DNA of 64,000 nucleotides, taken from NCBI GenBank assembly GCA_017435505.1, contig JAFSEZ010000018.1, forward strand, positions 7,484 through 71,483, read 5' to 3'. A program made the translations under genes and the position numbers. This DNA comes from Akkermansia sp. (GTDB taxonomy: Bacteria; Verrucomicrobiota; Verrucomicrobiia; Verrucomicrobiales; Akkermansiaceae). The notes beneath the pieces were generated by a model that was not told the DNA's origin, did no database searches, and saw only the letters and a list, made by a program, of their open reading frames with translations. Of this stretch, positions 57,249 to 64,000 are shown piece after piece (the first letter of the stretch is position 1; the number at the start of each line of letters is the position of its first letter).

Positions 57249-57704
57249 ATGAGACACGGAGTAAAAAAAGCCAAGCTTCAGCGCACGGCTTCCCATCGTA
57301 AGGCTCTTCTTGCCAACCAGGCTTGCAGCCTCATCAGCAATGGTCGCATCGTCACCACTCTCGCCAAGGCCAAAGCGCTTCGTCCCTATGTGGAGAAGCT
57401 CATCACCCTCGGCAAGAATGGCTCCCTGCATGCTCGCCGCCAAGCACTTGCCACCCTGCCCCAGCCCAAGGTTGTGGCCAAGCTTTTCAGCGTAGTGGCA
57501 GAGGCTACCAAGGATCGTCAGGGCGGCTACTGCCGCATCGTCAAGCTGGGTCAGCGCAAGACGGACAGCGCACCCATGGGCCTGATTGAAATCATCGATC
57601 TTCCCCAGCTGAGCGCCCCCGTGGCTCCCGCTACCACCACCGGTACCGGCTCCACGACCGAGGCACCCGCAGCCGAAACGACCGAGACTCCCGCTGAAGC
57701 CTAA
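57249..57704 (+). CDS. rplQ: 50S ribosomal protein L17
   Basis: The sequence MRHGVKKAKLQRTASHRKALLANQA...GGYCRIVKLGQRKTDSAPM is typical of L17. A ~30-aa Thr/Ala/Pro/Glu-rich tail follows. Confidence 0.93.
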   Translation: MRHGVKKAKLQRTASHRKALLANQACSLISNGRIVTTLAKAKALRPYVEKLITLGKNGSLHARRQALATLPQPKVVAKLFSVVAEATKDRQGGYCRIVKLGQRKTDSAPMGLIEIIDLPQLSAPVAPATTTGTGSTTEAPAAETTETPAEA

Positions 57705-57734
57705 GAGCTTCACATAAAGGACACCTCTTTCAAC

Positions 57735-57772
57735 GCAGGAGCACCACAAACAGGTGCTCCTGCATTTTTTTG
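57735..57772 (+). terminator. strong rho-independent terminator after rplQ
   Basis: 11-bp perfect stem GCAGGAGCACC/GGTGCTCCTGC with a 7-nt loop, followed by ATTTTTTT. Confidence 0.9.
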
Positions 57773-57827
57773 TATCATTTTACTTTTCCTCAACAATACG
57801 ATATGATAGCATAGCAATGCATCGCGT

Positions 57828-58460
57828 ATGAACACAATGCAAGTTTTCAAATCTTCGCTGCTTTCCGGGGTATTTGTAGGAATAGCCGGTTTTGGCTATC
57901 TGGCCGGAAGAAACAATGGTATAGAATTTGAAAGCACGAGGGAAATGTTTGGCAGCATCCTATTCGCCTTTGCTTTGCTGGGGGTTGTCAATTACAAACT
58001 TCTACTCTACACAGGCACGGCAGGATTTATCACCCGGCATGAAAAAGTCCGGATTCTGCAAATTCTTCTGGGCAACATCATCGGCTGCTGGCTCATTGCC
58101 ATGCTGGCGCGATGCTCTGCCATGCCCATCCAAGAAAGCGCCCAAACCATACTGGAATCTCGCTTGAACGTGGGTATTTGGCGCGGTGGCCTATTATCTA
58201 TAGGCTGTGGCTTTATCATGACAACAGCTGTCACCTTTGCCCGCAAAGGTAACAACCTGCCCCTGCTCATCGGTGTACCTCTCTTTATTCTCTGTGGTTT
58301 TCCCCACTGCATTGCAGATGCCTTTTACTATATGGCAGCCCCGCTGGCATACTGGCAGCAAAACTGGTTGTCCATCCTCCTCTTCTACCTTGCCATCGTC
58401 TTAGGCAACTTTGTGGGCTGCAATTTTTACCGCTGGGTCATGGGAAGCAACCCTGAATAA
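57828..58460 (+). CDS. formate/nitrite transporter (FNT) family-like membrane protein, short form
   Basis: 210 aa with six hydrophobic segments. The motifs LLLYTGTAGF and LAIVLGNFVGCNFY resemble the FNT 'LFTG' and 'GN.iGG' motifs. The gene is somewhat AT-richer than its neighbours. Confidence 0.5.
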   Translation: MNTMQVFKSSLLSGVFVGIAGFGYLAGRNNGIEFESTREMFGSILFAFALLGVVNYKLLLYTGTAGFITRHEKVRILQILLGNIIGCWLIAMLARCSAMPIQESAQTILESRLNVGIWRGGLLSIGCGFIMTTAVTFARKGNNLPLLIGVPLFILCGFPHCIADAFYYMAAPLAYWQQNWLSILLFYLAIVLGNFVGCNFYRWVMGSNPE

Positions 58461-58482
58461 GCGCTACGATTGATTATATTGC

Positions 58483-58529
58483 AAACGGCACGAACAGGCA
58501 GTTAAACTCTGCTTTGTCGGTGCCGTTTT
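58483..58529. terminator. long imperfect hairpin between the convergent FNT-like gene and dnaB
   Basis: AAACGGCAC..GCAG / CTGC..GTGCCGTTT, with the T-run ...GCCGTTTTATG on the plus strand. Confidence 0.5.
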
Positions 58530-58536
58530 ATGCGAG

Positions 58537-60012
58537 CTAACTTTCTTCCTCATCCTCACGCGGGATGCGTGTGGTAAAGCGCATGAGCTCGGCAATGAAG
58601 GTAAGGGGCACATCGCCCGTAGGGCCATTGCGGTTCTTGGCCAGTGCTAAGTTTGCATCAGACCCCACGCTTTCGCGTTCTTCATCATCTTCTGCGTAGT
58701 AGGCCGTGCGGTAGAGGAGGCCAATCATATCCGCGTCCTGCTCAATAGCACCGGATTCACGGAGGTCACTCATCATGGGGGTTCCTTTGTTCTTACCCGT
58801 GCGGTTTTCCGGGCCGCGATTCAGCTGTGCCAGCACAATGATGGGCAGATTGAGCTCTTTTGCCAAGCTCTTGAGGCCACCGGAGATTTCTGCGATTTCA
58901 CGCTCACGGCTGTTTTGAGCCTGCTTCGTGTGCGAGCGCATGAGCTGCAGATAGTCGATACCGATGGCGCACAAATCGGGGTGGTCGCGCATGACGCGGC
59001 GTGCCTTGGCTCGCAGTTCGGAGATAGAAATGGCGGCGGTATCATCTATCACCAGCTTGCTGGCGCGAAGCTCATTCATGGCTACAGTGAAACGTTTCAT
59101 ATCATCCGGCGAGAGCTTGCCCTGCTGGGCAATGAGCTTCTGCTTGCTCACCGCGCTGCGGGCGTAGAGCAAACGCTCTACCAGCTGCACGCTGGGCATT
59201 TCGCAGGAGAATGCAAGAACAGGTTTCTTCAAATCCAGAGCCAAGTGCTCAATGATATTGAGCAGGAAAGAGGTCTTACCCATGGACGGACGAGCCGCAA
59301 TAACGAAAAGTTCGCCACCTTTCAGCCCGTTTATCATCTTATCCATCTTCGGGTAGCCCGTAGAAAGCCCCAAGATTTCTCCCTTGGTGCTCATCATGCG
59401 CTCCAAGTTGGTCACTGCCATCTCAATGTCTCGCTTCAAGCTCCATTCCTCACCCTTGGAGGCGCTTTGGCGAATCTGCAACACGGACTGTTCCGTCTGA
59501 TCCAGCAGGGATTCTACCTCAGCCTCGCTGGTGTAGGCTGCTTGGGTGGCGATGTTGGCAGTCTGTATGATTGCGCGGCGGATGTACTTTTCCTTGAGGG
59601 TCTCAAAATGCGTCTTATAAAGCGCCGTTGTGGTGGCGAAGGTGAAAATATCTACTAAGCCGGCATGGCCACCCACGGCTTCCAATCGCTTGCTGTCTGC
59701 GAGCTCCTGCGCGACGGAGGTCGTGTCTATAGGTACGCCCTTTTCATATCGAGCGCGGAAAATCTCCCACAGGATGCGGTGAGCAGGCACGTAGAAGTAG
59801 TCCGAGGTCATGCCGTCCGATATGCACTGGGACACAATGTTGGTGGGGTCTATCGTCATCATGGACAATAAACTCTTTTCCACGCCGGGAGCTTGTGGTG
59901 TCACTACTGTTTGCACTCCACCATCTGCTCCTTGTCCTTTCAGATCTATCTTCTCGTTCCGCTCTGCACTCATGCGCCCGCCCATACTACCTGCTATGCT
60001 CGCAATTAGCAA
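58537..60012 (-). CDS. dnaB: replicative DNA helicase
   Basis: N-terminal DnaB domain and a RecA-like C-terminal domain with Walker A ARPSMGKTSF and Walker B (IGIDYLQLM). The ORF-track start at 60012 is a TTG. In-frame ATGs at 59985 and 59973 are alternative starts. Confidence 0.92.
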   Translation of the reverse strand: MLIASIAGSMGGRMSAERNEKIDLKGQGADGGVQTVVTPQAPGVEKSLLSMMTIDPTNIVSQCISDGMTSDYFYVPAHRILWEIFRARYEKGVPIDTTSVAQELADSKRLEAVGGHAGLVDIFTFATTTALYKTHFETLKEKYIRRAIIQTANIATQAAYTSEAEVESLLDQTEQSVLQIRQSASKGEEWSLKRDIEMAVTNLERMMSTKGEILGLSTGYPKMDKMINGLKGGELFVIAARPSMGKTSFLLNIIEHLALDLKKPVLAFSCEMPSVQLVERLLYARSAVSKQKLIAQQGKLSPDDMKRFTVAMNELRASKLVIDDTAAISISELRAKARRVMRDHPDLCAIGIDYLQLMRSHTKQAQNSREREIAEISGGLKSLAKELNLPIIVLAQLNRGPENRTGKNKGTPMMSDLRESGAIEQDADMIGLLYRTAYYAEDDEERESVGSDANLALAKNRNGPTGDVPLTFIAELMRFTTRIPREDEEES

Positions 60013-60136
60013 GAATTTATTGAAATTATACGCGCACTTGTCTCTCTTTCGCCCTACTCTACGTCACTTGCGCATTTTTTTTGCCTTTCTCTATACGACT
60101 TTTTTTGTCAATTTTTCCTAAACTTCAAAAAATCTC

Positions 60137-60165
60137 TTGACAAAATAGTTAGTCCGCATTAACAT
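60137..60165 (+). promoter_or_regulatory. promoter for feoAB (TTGACA-17-TAACAT)
   Basis: -35 at 60137-60142 and -10 at 60160-60165, 30 nt before the feoA ATG. Confidence 0.5.
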
Positions 60166-60195
60166 TGGCGCGACCTAATTAGTTTTACCTAACTT

Positions 60196-60438
60196 ATGAA
60201 ATCTAACACAACCGACGCCACCACCCTGCGCGATGCGAAAGCCGGGCAGACCGTCAAGGTGGCGAGAGTGACAGGAACGGGCTCACTACGCCAACGCATT
60301 TTGGACATGGGGCTCACCAAGGGGACAGAAGTAAGAATTCGCAAAGTAGCGCCACTGGGAGATCCGCTGGAAATCACGGTACGCGGCTATGAGTTGTCGT
60401 TGCGCAAGGCTGAAGCAGCGCGCATTGAGCTGGTATGA
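60196..60438 (+). CDS. feoA: ferrous iron transport protein A
   Basis: 80 aa with the SH3-like FeoA pattern (LRDAKAGQTVKVARV...RQRILDMGLTKGTEVRIRKVAPLGDPLEI). It lies directly upstream of feoB. Confidence 0.85.
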   Translation: MKSNTTDATTLRDAKAGQTVKVARVTGTGSLRQRILDMGLTKGTEVRIRKVAPLGDPLEITVRGYELSLRKAEAARIELV

Positions 60439-60471
60439 TTTTTATTTAAGCAAAAGTTAGTTTTAGTGAAC

Positions 60472-63147
60472 ATGAAACGAACGATAGCATTAGCAGGCAA
60501 CCCGAACAGTGGCAAGACATCACTTTTCAACGAATTGACCGGTGCCAATCAATATGTAGGCAACTGGCCCGGCGTGACAGTAGAGCGCAAAGGCGGGCGA
60601 TTGAAAGAGCACGAAGAAGTAGAGGTACTGGACTTACCGGGTATTTATTCGCTTTCTCCGTACACTCCCGAGGAGATGGTGACACGGCACTACCTGCTGG
60701 ACAAACAGCCGGATATGGTCATCAACGTAGTAGATGCCACAAATTTGGAACGCAATCTGTACCTGACCAGTCAGTTGGCTGAAACGGGCGTACCCATGGT
60801 TGTAGCACTTAATATGATTGATTTGGCAGAGCAACGCGGCGATAAAATCGATACCGATGTACTGAGTAAGGCCTTGGGTTGCCCCGTCATCAAAGTCAGC
60901 GCACTGCACCAAACAGGTACAGATGCACTCATTGAGCAGATTCTCAACGACAAAGAATACACCCCTAAGCCTCTATCCTTCAGTCCTGCGGTAGAAAGCG
61001 GCATCAGCGCATTGGAAGCCAAGCTGCACTGCGACCGCTGGACCGCCATCAAACTGTTGGAAGATGATGCAGAAGTCATCGCCGACAAGACACCCCAGGA
61101 AAGGCACGAGATTGCGGAGGTGCGGCTGAACTTGGAAAAAGAGATGGGTGATGACATTGCCTCCATCATTGCCGCCGGTCGCTACGATGCCATCACCTCC
61201 ATCATCCCGCAGGCCGTGAGCAAGGGTAAAGTGGGCAATAGCTTCTCCAACAAGCTCGATGCCATCCTGACACATCGCGTGGCCGGCCTTGCCATTTTCG
61301 TAGCGGTGATGTGGGCTATCTACCATATCTCCATCTCCACCATCGGCGATTGGGGCACGGCTTGGGCCAATGATGTACTCTTCGGCGAGGTAGTACCCGC
61401 ATGGCTGGGAGGCTTTATCGGCAACACCCCGGCAGATTTGAACAGCATGGTCATGCTCAGCACCGTGCTGGCTCTTTGCTTCATCTTCCCCATCACCCTG
61501 CGACGTCTGCACGATTTGGGGCTCAACGGCCTTTGGGTATATCTCATCATCGCCCCCTTTGTACTGGAATACATGTGCCCGCACCTGCCCGGAATGGCAC
61601 ACACCGTGCTCATGGTCGTACTGCTGGGAATCAATGTACTCTTGCAGCTTGCCTGTATTGCCCTGCCCGGCCACAAAGGGGCCAATAAGTACGGCAGCGC
61701 ACCCAAGCGTTTCAGTTTCAATCCGTTCAAGCTTGATGGGCGTGTAAATCGCACCAGCTACGTAGCATGGTACTTCATCCTGAGCCTGCTCTTTGTAGGA
61801 GTGGGAGCCTTGGGTACAGTAACGCTTGATTGCAGTCCGGCACTCTCCGCCCTCATCTCCAACGGCATTGTGGCCGGCGTGGGCGCGGTGCTGGGATTTG
61901 TGCCACAGATGGCGGTCCTCTTCCTACTGCTGGCACTGTTGGAGGACTGCGGCTACATGGCCCGCGTGGCGTTCATGATGGATCGCATTTTCCGCACCAT
62001 CGGGCTTTCCGGCAAGTCGTTCATTCCTCTGTTGGTAGCTATGGGCTGCGGCGTGCCGGCAGTGATGGCCACCCGCACCATTGAGAATGAAAAAGACCGC
62101 CGTATGAGCGTGATTCTCACCACCTTTATTCCTTGCGGCGCCAAGCTGCCCATCATTGCCCTCTTTGCGGCTTTGGTAGGAGAGAATGCCAACATTGCCA
62201 CCATCGCCTACTTTGCCGGCATTGGCTCCGTTATCGTGGGCGGCTATATTCTGCGCAAGACCCACATGTTTGCCGGCAGCTACACGCCCTTCGTGATGGA
62301 GCTGCCCGCCTATCACACCCCGCGTGCAGCCAATATCAACATGCGCGCCATGGAACGCTGCAAAGCTTTCGTACGCAAAGCCGGTACCGTTATCTTCCTG
62401 GCCTGTGCCTTCATCTGGTTCTCCAGTAACTACAACTGGAAGATGGAATACCTGAACACCGATGAAGATGCCGCCGCTATTGATAAGAGCATGCTCGCCT
62501 CTATCGGCAATAGCTTTGCTCCCCTGTTCACCCCCTTAGGCTGGGGCGAGTGGAAGCCCGCTGTCGCAACTGTGACCGGTCTTGTAGCCAAGGAAAACGT
62601 AGTAGGTACTTTCGGTGTGCTCTATGCCCCTGCCGCCGCAGGAGAGGAGGAAGCCCCGGCAGAAGAAGAAGCACCCGAAGAAGCCGGCGCCACCAACCTG
62701 CTGCCCATGCTCAGCGCCTGCTCCGATGCAACCGTGGGCCTTTGGGATGCCGTGGCTGCCACCGGCAGCGAATACGCTCTGCCCGAAGGTGCCGGAGATG
62801 AAGAAGATGCGGAAGAAGAAGGCGAGGAGGCCGGTGTGGCCGCCAACATCAAAACGGCAGGTGCATTCACCACCATCAGTGCCCTGTCCTTCATGCTCTT
62901 CAACCTGCTCTGCGCTCCTTGCTTTGCCGCCTGCGGTGCTATCCGCAACGAGATGCACAGCGCCCGTTGGACCTGGTTCGCCATCATCTACATGTGCCTG
63001 TGGGCCTACATGGTATCTTTCCTCACATACCAATTCGGCATGTGGGTGACAACCGGTAGCTTTGCTTCAGGCCAGGTTATAGCCTGTCTGGTAGCAGCCG
63101 CCCTGCTCTACATGATTGTACGCCGTGGTCACACACAAGCCAACTAA
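60472..63147 (+). CDS. feoB: ferrous iron transporter B (with two lineage-specific insertions)
   Basis: The G-domain (GNPNSGKTSLFN, DLPG, NMID), helical domain and Gate motifs (FVPQMAVLF..LEDCGYMARVAFMMD..GCGVPAVMATR) are present. The first ATG is at 60472 (MKRTIAL), with an alternative GTG at 60466. Confidence 0.93.
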   Translation: MKRTIALAGNPNSGKTSLFNELTGANQYVGNWPGVTVERKGGRLKEHEEVEVLDLPGIYSLSPYTPEEMVTRHYLLDKQPDMVINVVDATNLERNLYLTSQLAETGVPMVVALNMIDLAEQRGDKIDTDVLSKALGCPVIKVSALHQTGTDALIEQILNDKEYTPKPLSFSPAVESGISALEAKLHCDRWTAIKLLEDDAEVIADKTPQERHEIAEVRLNLEKEMGDDIASIIAAGRYDAITSIIPQAVSKGKVGNSFSNKLDAILTHRVAGLAIFVAVMWAIYHISISTIGDWGTAWANDVLFGEVVPAWLGGFIGNTPADLNSMVMLSTVLALCFIFPITLRRLHDLGLNGLWVYLIIAPFVLEYMCPHLPGMAHTVLMVVLLGINVLLQLACIALPGHKGANKYGSAPKRFSFNPFKLDGRVNRTSYVAWYFILSLLFVGVGALGTVTLDCSPALSALISNGIVAGVGAVLGFVPQMAVLFLLLALLEDCGYMARVAFMMDRIFRTIGLSGKSFIPLLVAMGCGVPAVMATRTIENEKDRRMSVILTTFIPCGAKLPIIALFAALVGENANIATIAYFAGIGSVIVGGYILRKTHMFAGSYTPFVMELPAYHTPRAANINMRAMERCKAFVRKAGTVIFLACAFIWFSSNYNWKMEYLNTDEDAAAIDKSMLASIGNSFAPLFTPLGWGEWKPAVATVTGLVAKENVVGTFGVLYAPAAAGEEEAPAEEEAPEEAGATNLLPMLSACSDATVGLWDAVAATGSEYALPEGAGDEEDAEEEGEEAGVAANIKTAGAFTTISALSFMLFNLLCAPCFAACGAIRNEMHSARWTWFAIIYMCLWAYMVSFLTYQFGMWVTTGSFASGQVIACLVAAALLYMIVRRGHTQAN

Positions 63148-63179
63148 ACAACAACCTACTTTTAAGCCTCAACTATCCC

Positions 63180-63332
63180 ATGAATGACCTTATCATCATC
63201 CTGATTCTCATCCTGGCAGCAGCAGCCGCGCTCTACTCCTGCATCCGCAGGCGCTCAAAAGGAGGGTGCTCCTGCGGGGGAGACTGCGGCTGCAATTGCA
63301 GCTCATGCCACAAGAATCAAGAAAAAAAGTAA
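63180..63332 (+). CDS. FeoB-associated Cys-rich small membrane protein
   Basis: 50-aa ORF that is not in the ORF track: MNDLIIILILILAAAAALYSCIRRRSKGGCSCGGDCGCNCSSCHKNQEKK. One TM helix plus a Cys/Gly cluster placed immediately after feoB matches the known FeoB-associated family. Confidence 0.7.
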   Translation: MNDLIIILILILAAAAALYSCIRRRSKGGCSCGGDCGCNCSSCHKNQEKK

Positions 63333-63380
63333 TTCCTCAACTACCCGCCATCCTTAGGGATTTACTACCAAAACACAACC

Positions 63381-64000
63381 ATGATGAAAAAGAACATAAT
63401 CGCATTGGCACTGGCCGGACTCATCGCCGCGCCGGTATTCGCGGAAGAAGCATCAAAGCCTCAGGCAGGAGATATTCTCCAGAGCATCAATATGTTCACA
63501 CCTGAAGAGGGCGATCCTTCCTACAAAGTAAAAGCAGACGAGCGTTTCGGCACCCAGTGGGCGGTCGATATGGCCTATGGCTACTGGCACAGCCACAACA
63601 CCGATGCCGCGATGCACAGCAACGCCAACCTCGCGCTCATTCACGCCCAACTCAACCAACGACTCATTAAAGATGACGTAAACGGCGGCACTTGGCTGCG
63701 CGTGGAATTCTCCGGTTCCTGGGGGTTGGATCACGAATCCGCACGCACCGACATGATGCTGACGGATGCCTTCGGTAGTGCCACCTACCCTCATGCAGAC
63801 ATCTACGGCGGGCATGATGGTGTCATCCCCGAACTGGCACTCATGCAATACCTGGCAGGCAAGCGCGTTTGCATCATTGCCGGTATGGTCAACCTGACCA
63901 ATTATTTTGATGCCGTGGGGATTGCCAATGATTCTTTCTCAAGCTTCACGAACGATGGTTTTATCAACTCCTCCGTGCTGGGGCTACCCGATGCTAACTT
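63381..64000 (+). CDS. OprB-like (carbohydrate-selective) porin family protein, N-terminal part (3' end outside window)
   Basis: The frame is open from ATG 63381 to the window end. Signal peptide MMKKNIIALALAGLIAAPVFA, then LMQYLAGKRVCIIAGMVNLTNYFDAVGIANDSFSSFTNDGFINS, which resembles the OprB-family 'G....FD.n..a.d...qF.N' region. Confidence 0.5.
   Translation, partial: MMKKNIIALALAGLIAAPVFAEEASKPQAGDILQSINMFTPEEGDPSYKVKADERFGTQWAVDMAYGYWHSHNTDAAMHSNANLALIHAQLNQRLIKDDVNGGTWLRVEFSGSWGLDHESARTDMMLTDAFGSATYPHADIYGGHDGVIPELALMQYLAGKRVCIIAGMVNLTNYFDAVGIANDSFSSFTNDGFINSSVLGLPDAN

Noticed and set aside
63266-63505. 79-aa ORF from the track overlapping the feoB-downstream region
   Set aside because: It is in a different frame from both the Cys-rich FeoB-associated ORF (63180-63332) and the porin gene (from 63381), which have clear family features. 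Its product is Arg/Leu-rich with no motif.
1-64000. Search by eye for tRNA, rRNA, CRISPR arrays, IS elements or transposases, integrases, prophage genes and known defence genes
   Set aside because: None was found. All intergenic regions are 260 nt or shorter and are explained by promoters and terminators. No ORF shows transposase, integrase or phage hallmarks. A proper tRNAscan, Infernal and defence-HMM run would be needed to exclude small or divergent elements.

Overview
The window reads as a gene-dense core chromosomal segment of a moderately GC-rich bacterium whose genes mostly lack Shine-Dalgarno sequences. The gene content fits the PVC group: a very long GreA, Sel1 and LysM proteins, ECF sigma factors and mucin-type glycosidase-like genes. 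An Akkermansia-like Verrucomicrobiota origin is my inference and is not verified. I support 57 protein-coding genes. They include housekeeping genes (tig, tyrS, recG, mfd, ligA, dnaB, metH, rpoA-rplQ, ispD), a marR-controlled RND efflux operon, an SPFH/NfeD pair, a LysM/L,D-transpeptidase cell-wall cluster and a feoAB iron-uptake locus. I also list hand-identified sigma70-type promoters, rho-independent terminators and one palindromic operator candidate. I found no rRNA, tRNA, CRISPR array, transposase, integrase or obvious defence island, and no intergenic region exceeds about 260 nt. I therefore cannot point to a convincing new multi-gene system. The unusual signals are mostly architectural: (1) FeoB has a DUF805-like four-helix membrane module spliced into it in permuted motif order; (2) RpiB and serine hydroxymethyltransferase form one continuous fusion ORF; (3) a 651-aa GreA-family protein has a CarD/TRCF-RID-like N-terminus; (4) two paralogous small AP2-like DNA-binding proteins are present; (5) nuoA stands alone with its own promoter and terminator; (6) one AT-rich, probably acquired gene carries a RyR-like motif; (7) several promoters sit so close to the start codon that the mRNAs would be leaderless. 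All calls come from reading the sequence and the ORF track by eye, and no database search was run.
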